DNA of 64,000 nucleotides from Eubacteriales bacterium (GTDB lineage: Bacteria; Bacillota; Clostridia; Oscillospirales; CAG-272). This document shows, one piece after another, positions 10,061 to 18,777 of the stretch. The notes under the pieces are model-generated. The model was not told the DNA's origin and did not search any database. It was given only the letters and a program-made list of their open reading frames with translations. Made by a program: the position numbers and the translations under genes. Where the stretch lies: the NCBI GenBank assembly GCA_045535375.1, contig JAZSLM010000019.1:10871-74870 (forward strand), read 5' to 3'. Within the stretch, counting starts at the first letter, position 1. Each line of letters starts with the position of its first letter.

Positions 10061-11374
10061 TCAGTCTATGAAATAAGTTAATGTTAGTTTCTCGCCGTGC
10101 CAACCGTCGGCAACGTCGAGAAAGGGTACCCAGACGATCTCCTCCCCGCAGCAAATAACGGGCAGAGCGCGTCTTTTTGAAAGCTCGATGTGAGCAGTTT
10201 TATCACAGATCAGCTTTTTTACGCTTCTGTGCATTCCGCGGATGAGGATGCGGTCGCCCTCTTTTCGCGGACGCGCATAAAGCTGTCCTTTTATTTTATC
10301 AGTATTAATAAGAGCCGATGTTGATAAATTGTAAACTTGTGCGGAATCATTTGCGGGTTTGCCGTTAACAAGTATCAACTTTCCCGCATAAAGCTCGTTT
10401 TCGCCGATCTTAAGCTCGATCGGCTCAAAATCGGGATAGATCGTGCTCTTCTTTTCTCTCGTTTCGCCGCGGAAAACTATTCTTCCTCCAAGGCACTCGG
10501 CGGATACCGAGCCGGGGAGAGAGAGCGAACCGCATCCGCTCTTTGCCATTCCCAGCATCTTTTCGATGTGGAAGGCTTCGGGCTCCGCGCCTGCGCGGTG
10601 TGCGGCGATTGCAAGTGCACGCGATGCGATCGGGTGGGGAAGAGATGCAAGTGTGTCAAGTTCGAGAGTATCGGCAAATTTCTCCGCCTCGCGGTCGAGA
10701 AATTCACTGTTAAGCCGAGCCGATTCCGTGAAGCGAGCAAATGCGGCAAGAAACGCGGGATTTATCGCTTCGAGCTCGGGAAGAATATTGTTTCTGATGC
10801 GGTTGCGCGGGTAGGATGTGTCCGCGTTGGTGCAGTCCGTTACAAAAGCAAACGAGTTTTTGTTGCAGAAATCAACGATATCCTTCTTTGAAAAGCTCAG
10901 AAGAGGTCTTTCCACAACGCCGTACGCAAGTTTTCGGCTTCGAGCGATACCGCCTGCTCCCGAGGGGGAGCATCCTCGCGTGAGTGAGAGAAGCAGAGTT
11001 TCGGCGTTATCGTCGGCATTGTGCGCCGTCAGAAGCACCGGAATATCTTCCGCGCGCATCACTTCCTCAAAGAAAGAGTATCTTACGTTCCGCGCGGCTT
11101 CCTCAAGACTTTCTCCGGCTTCGCGCGCAAGCGCGGGCACGTCAAGGCTTGCACAATAAAATTCTATGCCGTGCTCTCGGCAAAGATCTCGGCAGAAATC
11201 CTCGTCGCGCCGTGCCTCGTCGCCTCTGATATTGTGGTTTATATGCGCGGCACGGAAATCGTATCCGTCCATCCGCAGAAGATGGAAAAGACAGACCGAA
11301 TCTGCCCCGCCCGAAAGACCGAGAAGGTATTTTTTGTCCCGATCGAGCGAAAGAGAAATTACGTTTGCTTTCAT
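10061..11374 (-). CDS. tilS: tRNA(Ile)-lysidine synthetase
   Basis: PP-loop LGLSGGADSV; position upstream of hpt-ftsH. Confidence 0.85.
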   Translation of the reverse strand: MKANVISLSLDRDKKYLLGLSGGADSVCLFHLLRMDGYDFRAAHINHNIRGDEARRDEDFCRDLCREHGIEFYCASLDVPALAREAGESLEEAARNVRYSFFEEVMRAEDIPVLLTAHNADDNAETLLLSLTRGCSPSGAGGIARSRKLAYGVVERPLLSFSKKDIVDFCNKNSFAFVTDCTNADTSYPRNRIRNNILPELEAINPAFLAAFARFTESARLNSEFLDREAEKFADTLELDTLASLPHPIASRALAIAAHRAGAEPEAFHIEKMLGMAKSGCGSLSLPGSVSAECLGGRIVFRGETREKKSTIYPDFEPIELKIGENELYAGKLILVNGKPANDSAQVYNLSTSALINTDKIKGQLYARPRKEGDRILIRGMHRSVKKLICDKTAHIELSKRRALPVICCGEEIVWVPFLDVADGWHGEKLTLTYFID

Positions 11375-11380
11375 ATTATC

Positions 11381-12784
11381 TTAACCTGCGGGGGGAGGCG
11401 GAGGAGGCGGTGCGCCGTAATCGGGCGGAGCCTCTTCGTCACCGCGCTTCTCCTCGATCGAGTAGAAGGTGGTGTAGCGTCCGATCCAGTTGAGATATAC
11501 CGTTCCCGTCGAGCCGTGACGGTTCTTTGCAACTATGATCTCGGCAACGGGTGCCTTGGTCACGTCGACTTTGCGCTTGTCCTCAACGTCCATATAGTAT
11601 TCGTCGCGGTAGATGAAGATAACGGTATCCGCGTCCTGCTCGATGGATCCCGATTCACGAAGGTCGGAAAGCATGGGTCGCTTCGAGGTTCTGCCCTCGG
11701 TTCCACGGGAGAGCTGTGAGCAGCAGATAACGGGCACGTGGAGCTCTTTTGCGAGAAGCTTGAGGTTACGCGAAATGTCCGCGACCTCCTGCACGCGGTT
11801 GTCCGTGTGCTTGTCGCCCTGCATAAGCTGGAGATAGTCGATCACGACAAGTCCGATCTTGCCCTCGCGGCGGAGCTTTGCCTTCATACCCGAAACCGTG
11901 ATGTTCGGGGTGTCGTCGATGAGGACGTTTACGCCCGCAAGGTCAACGACCGAGTTTGCAAGCTTCTGCCAGTCCTGCGTGGAAAGGCGGCCGGTTCGCA
12001 TATTGTAGCTGTCGACCATAGCGTAGGAGGAAAGCATACGCTGAACGAGCTGTTCGCTCGACATTTCAAGCGAGAAGATGGCAACCTTCTCCTTCGTTCT
12101 GCGCGCGTAATTGAGCGCGATGTTAAGACAGAACGACGTTTTACCCATACCGGGACGCGCACCGACGAGAACGAGGTCGCTCTGACCGATGCCGGCAAGG
12201 GTGGTGTCAAGGTCGCCGTAGCCCGTCTGGATGCCGTCAAAAGCATTGGGGTCGTCATAAAGGATGGAAAGATTGCGGAAGATGGTCTCGAGTACCGAGG
12301 TCATCGTGACGAATCCGCGGCTGTCGCGGCCCATTGCGATCTCGGACATCTGCGCGGCGGCATATTCAACGAGCTCGCCGACGTTTTCCTGCTCGGAATA
12401 CGCGCGTTCGGTGATATTTCCGCAGGTTTCGATCAAGCGGCGCATAAGGCTCTTTTCAAGCACGATGCGCGCGTAGTCCTTGATGTTGAGCGCGTTTGGT
12501 ACCGCATCCGCGAGGGTTCGGAGATAAACCTCCGCCTCGTCGCGGTTATATACCTTTTCCTTTTCAAGCACGTCAAGCAGAGTGACGTGGTCGATGTCGT
12601 GGTTGAGAAGCGAGAGCTGCTTCATCGCCGAGTAGATCTGGCGGTGCTCCGAAAGATGGAAATCCTCGGCGCGCACGGTGTCGGAGATCTGCGTCAGCGC
12701 GGGAGGGTCGATCAGTATCGAGCCGAGAAGCGCCTGCTCCGCGAGCATTGAAAAGGGGAGTTTTTTAATAATGTCCTGATTCAT
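11381..12784 (-). CDS. dnaB: Replicative DNA helicase (DnaB family)
   Basis: N-terminal LPFSMLAEQALLGSIL, Walker A GARPGMGKT and RecA-like C-terminal domain, plus a Pro-rich tail. Confidence 0.9.
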   Translation of the reverse strand: MNQDIIKKLPFSMLAEQALLGSILIDPPALTQISDTVRAEDFHLSEHRQIYSAMKQLSLLNHDIDHVTLLDVLEKEKVYNRDEAEVYLRTLADAVPNALNIKDYARIVLEKSLMRRLIETCGNITERAYSEQENVGELVEYAAAQMSEIAMGRDSRGFVTMTSVLETIFRNLSILYDDPNAFDGIQTGYGDLDTTLAGIGQSDLVLVGARPGMGKTSFCLNIALNYARRTKEKVAIFSLEMSSEQLVQRMLSSYAMVDSYNMRTGRLSTQDWQKLANSVVDLAGVNVLIDDTPNITVSGMKAKLRREGKIGLVVIDYLQLMQGDKHTDNRVQEVADISRNLKLLAKELHVPVICCSQLSRGTEGRTSKRPMLSDLRESGSIEQDADTVIFIYRDEYYMDVEDKRKVDVTKAPVAEIIVAKNRHGSTGTVYLNWIGRYTTFYSIEEKRGDEEAPPDYGAPPPPPPPAG

Positions 12785-12815
12785 TTTCAGACTCCGGAAA
12801 AAATAAATTTATTCC

Positions 12816-13262
12816 TTATTTCTTGCAGACAAGAACGTTGATCTTTGCTACGATTTCCGTGTAGAGCTTTGCGTCCACGGTGTAGGAGCCGTAGGAGCGG
12901 ATGGGATGGTCGAGAACCATCTTGCGGCGGTCGATCTCGATGCCGTGCTGCTCTTTGAGAGCTTCTGCGATATCCTTTGCGGTGATCGAGCCGTAAAGCT
13001 TGTCGTCCGCGCCCGAAGCGACTGAGATCTTTACAAGAACTCCGGAAAGCTTCGATGCGAGCTCGTTTGCGGCATTACGCTCGGTCTCGATCTTATGAAG
13101 TCTGGATGCTTCCTTGTTTTTTGCTTCGTTTAATGCCTTTGCGTCGGCGATGATGGCGAGCTTGCGGGCAAGGAGGAAGTTGCGCGCGTAGCCGTCGGAA
13201 ACCTCGATGATGTCGCCCTTTTTGCCCTGGGCCTTTACGTCCTGTGTAAGAATTACTTTCAT
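12816..13262 (-). CDS. rplI: 50S ribosomal protein L9
   Basis: [30 protein letters not shown] is the canonical L9 N-terminus. Confidence 0.9.
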   Translation of the reverse strand: MKVILTQDVKAQGKKGDIIEVSDGYARNFLLARKLAIIADAKALNEAKNKEASRLHKIETERNAANELASKLSGVLVKISVASGADDKLYGSITAKDIAEALKEQHGIEIDRRKMVLDHPIRSYGSYTVDAKLYTEIVAKINVLVCKK

Positions 13263-13289
13263 TGTTATATCTCCTTGTGTGATGAGTAA

Positions 13290-15317
13290 TTAGTCATTAT
13301 CCCCGTCAAGGTAGGCGTCGATGGCGCCGCGGAGCTGTTCAAGCACCTCGCGGGAAACTGTGTTTTTGACCTGCGCGCCGGCAGAGTCGAAGTGACCGCC
13401 GCCGCCGATCCGCTCAAGAATGAGCTGAACGTTTATCTTGCCGTTCGAGCGCGCCGAGATCGCGATCTGATCGTCGGTGCGGATAAGCACGAATGCGGCG
13501 TCGATGTTCTGAACCGTCAGGAGAGTATCCGCGGTCTTCGATGCCGCGATGCGGTCGTCGGGAGTGCCCGTGCCTTCGCATACGGTGATGGCGATGCGGT
13601 CGCGGTAGAGGCGAACCTCGCTTCCGAGCTTCGATTCGGTGACAAAGGAATCAAGATCGGCAAAGAAGAAGGTTCGCGCGAATTCGGGATCCGCGCCCGC
13701 GCTGCGCAGGTGGAGCGCCGCCGAGAAGGTGCGCTCGGACGTGGTTCTGGTGAAGTTTTTGGTATCAAGCATGATGCCCGCGAGCATGACGTTTGCCTCG
13801 TGGCGCGAAAGCTTGATGTTGCCGAGAGCGCCCTGCGAGAGCGCGGAGATCTCGATGATCTCGCTGACAAGCTCACTTGCGGAGGATGCCGAGGGTTCGA
13901 TGTAGGCGATGAGCGGCTCGCGGTCGAATTCCGCGATCTTACGGTGGTGGTCGATGATGACGGTGTTGAAGACGTTCGCCGCGATGTCGGGCGATTCAAC
14001 GATCTTCATATTGTTAACGTCGGTCATGATAAGAAGCGTATCCGAGCGGATCATATCAAGGCCGCGTGCCGCGCCGATGAATATATCCTCGTATTCGGGC
14101 ATAGCCTCGATCAGCTTGGGGGTACAGCACTTGAAGTTGGGGTTGCTCTTATCAACGACGATCTTGACGTTCGGGTTGTAGGAAAGCGCGAGCCGCGCAA
14201 CGCCGATGCAGGAGCCGATCGAGTCGAAGTCGGGGCTCTTGTGACCCATAACGATGACGTTGCCCGCCGCCTTGATGTGCTCGGCAAGCTTGTCCGAAAT
14301 GACTCGCGCACGGACCTTGGTGCGCTTCTGGTTGATCTTTGTCTTGCCGCCGAAGAACTCGATGCCGTCCTCCTTACGCAGAGCGACCTGGTCGCCGCCT
14401 CGCTGGAGAGCGGTTTCGAGAGCAGACTGCGCGTTTGCGCTTCTTTCTTTGTAATCGGTGCCCGAGTTGCTGACACCCATCGAAATGGTGACCGACATGC
14501 TTCCGTCGCCGAAGCGGACCTCGCGGATGCGGTCAAGGATCTCGAATTTGCTTTCGGCGCAGGCGGGAAGCTGCTCCTTCGGGAAGATAAGGATGTATTT
14601 TTCGCGGTCGTATTCGCGGATAAGTCCGCCGATCGAGTGCGCCCATTCGGTTATGAGCTCCTCAACCTCTGCAGCCGCCTCGCGGTACGAGCCCTGAACG
14701 TACTGGGTAAGCTCTTCAAGGTTATCGACCGAAATATACGCAACGACGGGGCTTTCGCGGTCGATGCGTGCCTCGAGCTCCTCGATTTCGGAGCGGTCCT
14801 CGAGGGTGGTCATCCAATAGTCGCGGTCGGGCGCTTCCATAAGATAGGAATAAGCGTAGAAATTCTTGCCCGAAACGGTGATGACCTTTTTGCCGACTGC
14901 GGTGATGATCTCGCTCATCGGAACACCGGAAATTACCGAGAAATTCTTGCCTGCCAGAGCCACCTGATTTGCGGCGCCGCAAAGCTCGAGCATTTTTTTG
15001 TTCGACCAGAGCATTTTTCCGTCCGCGGTGGTGATGACGGAGGGGAAGTCGACCTGTCTGACGACCTCACTTATGAGGTGTTCAAGCGAATTTGCCGTTT
15101 CCTCGGTCTTGTGTTTTTTGTGGGTGAGGTAGGCAAAGTAGCATATGACCGCCTCGAAGATCGCAAGGACGAGTATGAAAACGAGCGAGATGGTGATTAT
15201 CGGGATATCGGTCAGCGCCGCCGCACCGAGCGCGACGATGAGAAGAACGAGTCCCGTGCCTGCGCTCATAAGCGTCAGGTCAAAAGAGCTGATATCGTAG
15301 CTTTTGTTTGAAGACAT
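13290..15317 (-). CDS. gdpP: GdpP/YybT-type DHH-DHHA1 phosphodiesterase (c-di-AMP phosphodiesterase family)
   Basis: Two N-terminal TM helices, a degenerate GGDEF-like middle region, DHH block VMGHKSPDFDSIGS and GGGGH block. yybS-gdpP-rplI-dnaB synteny. Confidence 0.8.
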   Translation of the reverse strand: MSSNKSYDISSFDLTLMSAGTGLVLLIVALGAAALTDIPIITISLVFILVLAIFEAVICYFAYLTHKKHKTEETANSLEHLISEVVRQVDFPSVITTADGKMLWSNKKMLELCGAANQVALAGKNFSVISGVPMSEIITAVGKKVITVSGKNFYAYSYLMEAPDRDYWMTTLEDRSEIEELEARIDRESPVVAYISVDNLEELTQYVQGSYREAAAEVEELITEWAHSIGGLIREYDREKYILIFPKEQLPACAESKFEILDRIREVRFGDGSMSVTISMGVSNSGTDYKERSANAQSALETALQRGGDQVALRKEDGIEFFGGKTKINQKRTKVRARVISDKLAEHIKAAGNVIVMGHKSPDFDSIGSCIGVARLALSYNPNVKIVVDKSNPNFKCCTPKLIEAMPEYEDIFIGAARGLDMIRSDTLLIMTDVNNMKIVESPDIAANVFNTVIIDHHRKIAEFDREPLIAYIEPSASSASELVSEIIEISALSQGALGNIKLSRHEANVMLAGIMLDTKNFTRTTSERTFSAALHLRSAGADPEFARTFFFADLDSFVTESKLGSEVRLYRDRIAITVCEGTGTPDDRIAASKTADTLLTVQNIDAAFVLIRTDDQIAISARSNGKINVQLILERIGGGGHFDSAGAQVKNTVSREVLEQLRGAIDAYLDGDND

Positions 15318-15333
15318 TGCAGAAGTAGCTCCT

Positions 15334-16461
15334 TTACTTGTTTATTTTGGATCTCATCTTTGAGAAAAGGAATCGGTATATGGGGGTAAGCGAATATGCG
15401 ACTCCCGCCGAAACGAATATCGCGAATCCCACGGAGGGGGAAAGCAGGAAGATAACGACGGGGAAGAGGCGGAGGGCTCCCGGATTTACGTGAAGCCTTA
15501 CCGTGAACTTTTTCAGAAGGTATTCGCCCATTGCGCGGAAGCCGAGCGCCGTGAAGGGAAGCGAGAGCGCGATGATGACGTTTTCGGTGACCGCGGCAGC
15601 CATCTCGTAATCCGCGCCTTCAAGCATAAACGCCGCCGAAAGGAAGAAGCAGAAAAGGTAGATGATTCCGCTGATGGGCGAGAGGGTGATCTTTGCCATC
15701 TCCACGGGAATTTGTTCCCCGACTCCCGATGCGCGGAAGAGGGTGTTTGCAAGCGAAAGCGCGATGAAGCAGAGCGCGCTTGCCGCGGCGAAGATCAAAC
15801 CGGGTGATATGTTGATGATGTAAGCGGCAAGGATCTGTGCGGTCTCCTCGGTGATAATGAGAAATTCGGAATTGAGCGATGCATAAGTGCTTGCCATATT
15901 CTCGCGCAGAAGGTCGGCGGTTTCGGTAAGGTCGCCGCCCGAAACAAGGAAGAGCAAAAGCCCTGCCGAAAGCGAGAGGATGGTCAGCGCCGCAGTCGAG
16001 AAGGTGAGTCCCGAGCGCGGGAGCATCAGCGCGGCAAGAAGTCCGACCGCCACGGGGATGAGCGCGGGAAGTGCGCTTATCGGGTCGATGGCAACTGCGC
16101 CGAGAGCGTAAGCCACACCCGCCGCCGCAATGGGTGCCCAGATCCTTCCGCCGAGGGTGAGATAGATCGACACGCCGACGGTGAAGACCGCGCCGATATA
16201 GATCGCGGGGATCGAAAGATCGCCCGTCATCATAAAGGCGAGGATAGCGGGGCAGATGATCCCGACGATGGGGAGGATCTCGCGCGCCGCCATAAAGATC
16301 AGCGAGGAGAGCACAAAGAGTGCCGCGCCCGAGAACGCGGGTACCTCGTTAAAGACAAAGGTCAGCGAGCCGAGAAGCGCACCGAGTGCGAAAATGAGCA
16401 CAAGCGGAATGCGCGGCTTGAATCCTTCAAATATTCCCTTTTCGCTTTTTATGTTTTCCAT
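15334..16461 (-). CDS. Polytopic membrane protein, YybS/DUF2232-like
   Basis: Many TM helices; sits immediately upstream of gdpP, as yybS does in Bacillus. Confidence 0.6.
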   Translation of the reverse strand: MENIKSEKGIFEGFKPRIPLVLIFALGALLGSLTFVFNEVPAFSGAALFVLSSLIFMAAREILPIVGIICPAILAFMMTGDLSIPAIYIGAVFTVGVSIYLTLGGRIWAPIAAAGVAYALGAVAIDPISALPALIPVAVGLLAALMLPRSGLTFSTAALTILSLSAGLLLFLVSGGDLTETADLLRENMASTYASLNSEFLIITEETAQILAAYIINISPGLIFAAASALCFIALSLANTLFRASGVGEQIPVEMAKITLSPISGIIYLFCFFLSAAFMLEGADYEMAAAVTENVIIALSLPFTALGFRAMGEYLLKKFTVRLHVNPGALRLFPVVIFLLSPSVGFAIFVSAGVAYSLTPIYRFLFSKMRSKINK

Positions 16462-16583
16462 AAGCGATATTTCTCCAATTATAATATTACATTATAATAT
16501 TGTATCATACTTTTTTATATTTGTAAATAGTAAAATATTGAATATGTAATGAATTTTGGGTGAAAGAATCAATTTTAAGCGCA

Positions 16584-16612
16584 AAAAAGAAAACCCGCAC
16601 CGAAGCGCGGGT
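16584..16612 (-). terminator. Intrinsic terminator candidate after the lipoprotein gene
   Basis: Minus-strand stem CCCGC..GCGGG followed by a T-run (plus strand AAAAAAGAAAA). Confidence 0.55.
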
Positions 16613-16620
16613 GATCGATA

Positions 16621-17031
16621 TTAGTCGGGGCTGAGAAGAAAATTCGGTTCGGCGAAGTAGAGATCGCTTCTGTAGGCGAGTTCTTTTATTGCATCAATAG
16701 TGTTTTGTTTGTATTTTGCTTTTATTGTGATCTTCCAAAATGAGTACTCCTCGTTCCTGGAGCTGAACTTTATTGATTCGCAATCGATCTCGGGGAAATC
16801 TTCAACAGTATAATTTGCATTGGGATCTTTTGCCGCGATCAATATTTCTCCGGGTGTAAAGTCAGCGTACGGCGAAAAGTCGATCCGGAAACAAGTCTCC
16901 GCAGGTCGGGCTGTGGTTTCTTCCGTTGTGATTTCCGCAGTTTCCTCGGGCAAGGTATTATTACACGAGAAAAGACAAGCGGCTATGATCGGCAATAAAA
17001 GCACAAGCGGCAGAATTTTGACTTTTTTCAT
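16621..17031 (-). CDS. Small lipoprotein with possible similarity to protease-propeptide (I9-like) folds
   Basis: Signal peptide plus lipobox (LFSC). Start at ATG 17031 with GGAGG upstream. C-terminal AIKELAYRSDLYFAEPNF resembles the end of subtilase prodomains. Confidence 0.55.
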   Translation of the reverse strand: MKKVKILPLVLLLPIIAACLFSCNNTLPEETAEITTEETTARPAETCFRIDFSPYADFTPGEILIAAKDPNANYTVEDFPEIDCESIKFSSRNEEYSFWKITIKAKYKQNTIDAIKELAYRSDLYFAEPNFLLSPD

Positions 17032-17123
17032 TTGGTGTACCTCCTGATGCATTTGGTAATTATATTGTATCAATTTTTAATTAATTTGTCAATTATAACT
17101 TATTATTCACGTTAAGAAAGCAT

Positions 17124-17449
17124 ATGTTCGCATTCGCCCATCAGCCTTCCCCGGTGGGGGAAGGGGACCCACGTATGTGGGGGATGAGGCGTTTCAATAA
17201 GATACAGTTTTTCGAGCGAAGCGACACAATCTTCCCGATTGACTAATTAAAGGGTACTATATTAATCAAATTTAGCAAATATCTTTCGCATTGTATTTTT
17301 TTGCAATCTAAATTCAGAATGAAATATTTAGTTAGCTATGTTTGGGAAGATTTTCGCTGACGCGAAAAACTGTATCTTATCAGGCGCCTCATCCGTCACT
17401 TCGTGACACCTTCCCCCACCGGGGAAGGCTGATACACGAGTGCGAACAT
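17124..17449 (-). mobile_element. MITE-like 326-bp element, copy A (inverted relative to copy B at 25981-26292)
   Basis: Terminal inverted repeats ATGTTCGCA..TCAGCCTTCCCCGGTGGGGGAAGG / CCTTCCCCCACCGGGGAAGGCTGA..TGCGAACAT. The interior aligns to the reverse complement of copy B. Confidence 0.65.
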
Positions 17450-17504
17450 AGCGTTCTGATTATTATATCAGTAATCTGACCGCCAATAGGCGTAGGTTTT
17501 ACCG

Positions 17505-17714
17505 TTATTCATCCCGATCTCTTTTATATTCAAGAATACCGTCAACTCCGCAATCAAGAATCTTGCAGAGATCGTTTATAGTTACGGTCGTTATCGGTTT
17601 GTTATGCTTGAGACGGTCGATAAGACTGCTGCTGAGTCCGTATGTGTTTATAAGCTTGTATGTCGTTAATCCTTTTTCTTTCAACGTTTTGAAGAAAGGT
17701 TCGTATGAAATCAT
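17505..17714 (-). CDS. Small XRE-family helix-turn-helix protein (69 aa)
   Basis: MISYEPFFKTLKEKGLTTYKLINTYGLSSSLIDRLKHNKPITTVTINDLCKIL is a Cro/CI-type HTH. The rest of the 241-aa ORF is low-complexity and was rejected. Confidence 0.7.
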   Translation of the reverse strand: MISYEPFFKTLKEKGLTTYKLINTYGLSSSLIDRLKHNKPITTVTINDLCKILDCGVDGILEYKRDRDE

Positions 17715-17839
17715 AATTTTCACCCCCGTATTATTATAAATTATAGTCTGCCTATCGAAAAAAGTCAAGACACAGATTATAATCTTACAAATAAACTTGA
17801 AAATATTTGAAAAATACCGATAAAAATTCCTCAAACCTA

Positions 17840-17868
17840 TTGCATTTTTCTTTTCATTGTGATATAAT
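17840..17868 (+). promoter_or_regulatory. Sigma-A-type promoter candidate for the rimP-nusA-infB operon
   Basis: TTGCAT-17 nt-TATAAT with an extended TG (TGATATAAT). Confidence 0.5.
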
Positions 17869-17891
17869 ATATGTGTACGATTAGAGAGACT

Positions 17892-17923
17892 GAGAGAGGG
17901 CGCCACGTCCTCTCTCATTTTCT
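17892..17923 (+). terminator. Leader hairpin plus weak U-tract (attenuator candidate) upstream of the nusA operon
   Basis: GAGAGAGG..CCTCTCTC stem followed by ATTTTCT, between the promoter and the first ORF. Confidence 0.45.
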
Positions 17924-17954
17924 CGAATAAACATTTTTGCTTGGGAGGTAAAAA

Positions 17955-18257
17955 ATGAAACCTCAAAAGGCACAAAAACCGCAAAAGCCGCTCGAGCCGC
18001 TCGAGCCTTTGGCTCCGCATCCGGTTCAGCCGCCGCAACCGCCGCAGAAGCCTCTGCGCCCGCTCGTCACACTCCCCGAACTGATCGCGGAGCATTTCGA
18101 GAATAAAAAGCGTCTCAAAAAAGAGATGAAGAATTTCAAAAAGACTCTGAAAAGAGAAGAAAAAGCGGCAAAGGCTACTCTCAAATGGGTCAAGCGTGAA
18201 AAGAAGAATCTTAAAAAACTGAAAAAACAAAAGAAAAAAGAGAAAAAGAAGAAATGA
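17955..18257 (+). CDS. Hypothetical Pro-rich/Lys-rich highly basic small protein
   Basis: GGGAGG 6 nt upstream of the ATG. The stop overlaps the rimP start (ATGA). Low-complexity sequence, so uncertain. Confidence 0.45.
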   Translation: MKPQKAQKPQKPLEPLEPLAPHPVQPPQPPQKPLRPLVTLPELIAEHFENKKRLKKEMKNFKKTLKREEKAAKATLKWVKREKKNLKKLKKQKKKEKKKK

Positions 18258-18754
18258 AGAAAGAACTTACGGGAGTTGCCGCGAGAGTCTACCCCCTGAT
18301 CGAGAGCACCGTAACCGCGTGCGGCTGCGAGATCTGGGACCTTGAATTCGTCAAGGAAGGCGCGGACAGAATACTCCGCATCACCATCGACACCGACCGC
18401 GAGGGCGGCATCGGTATTGAAGACTGCGAGCGCGTCAACCGCGCAGTCGATCCCATCCTCGACGAGGCAGATCCGATCGACACCTCCTATTATCTTCAGG
18501 TGTCCTCCCCCGGAATCGAGCGCGATATCACCCTGCCCCGGCACGTTGCTGCCTGCGAGGGCGAGCGAGTCGAGGTCAAGCTTTTCGCTCCTCTTGAGGG
18601 AAGCCGCAAATATGACGGCGTTCTTCTCGGTTTTGAAGGCGGAGAGATCGATCACACCAAGCCCGTTCTCCTGGATATCGGAGAAAAAACGCTCGCGATC
18701 CCCTTCGAGGCGATCTCGAAGATGAAAACTTTGTTTGATTTTGACAGCATATAA
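18254..18754 (+). CDS. rimP: Ribosome maturation factor RimP
   Basis: Position upstream of nusA. LRITIDTD..GIGIEDCERVNRAVDPILD and YLQVSSPGIERDI blocks. Confidence 0.85.
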   Translation: MKKELTGVAARVYPLIESTVTACGCEIWDLEFVKEGADRILRITIDTDREGGIGIEDCERVNRAVDPILDEADPIDTSYYLQVSSPGIERDITLPRHVAACEGERVEVKLFAPLEGSRKYDGVLLGFEGGEIDHTKPVLLDIGEKTLAIPFEAISKMKTLFDFDSI

Positions 18755-18777
18755 TCTCAGAAAGGACTTACTCAAAA

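Noticed and set aside
16462-16583. AT-rich spacer examined for tRNA or small RNA genes
   Set aside because: There is no cloverleaf-compatible sequence or conserved structure. It is most likely the promoter region of yybS.
17715-18230. Upstream extension of the 241-aa minus-strand ORF
   Set aside because: Only the last 69 codons form an HTH protein. The extension is antisense to the Lys-rich ORF and promoter region, and it is low complexity.
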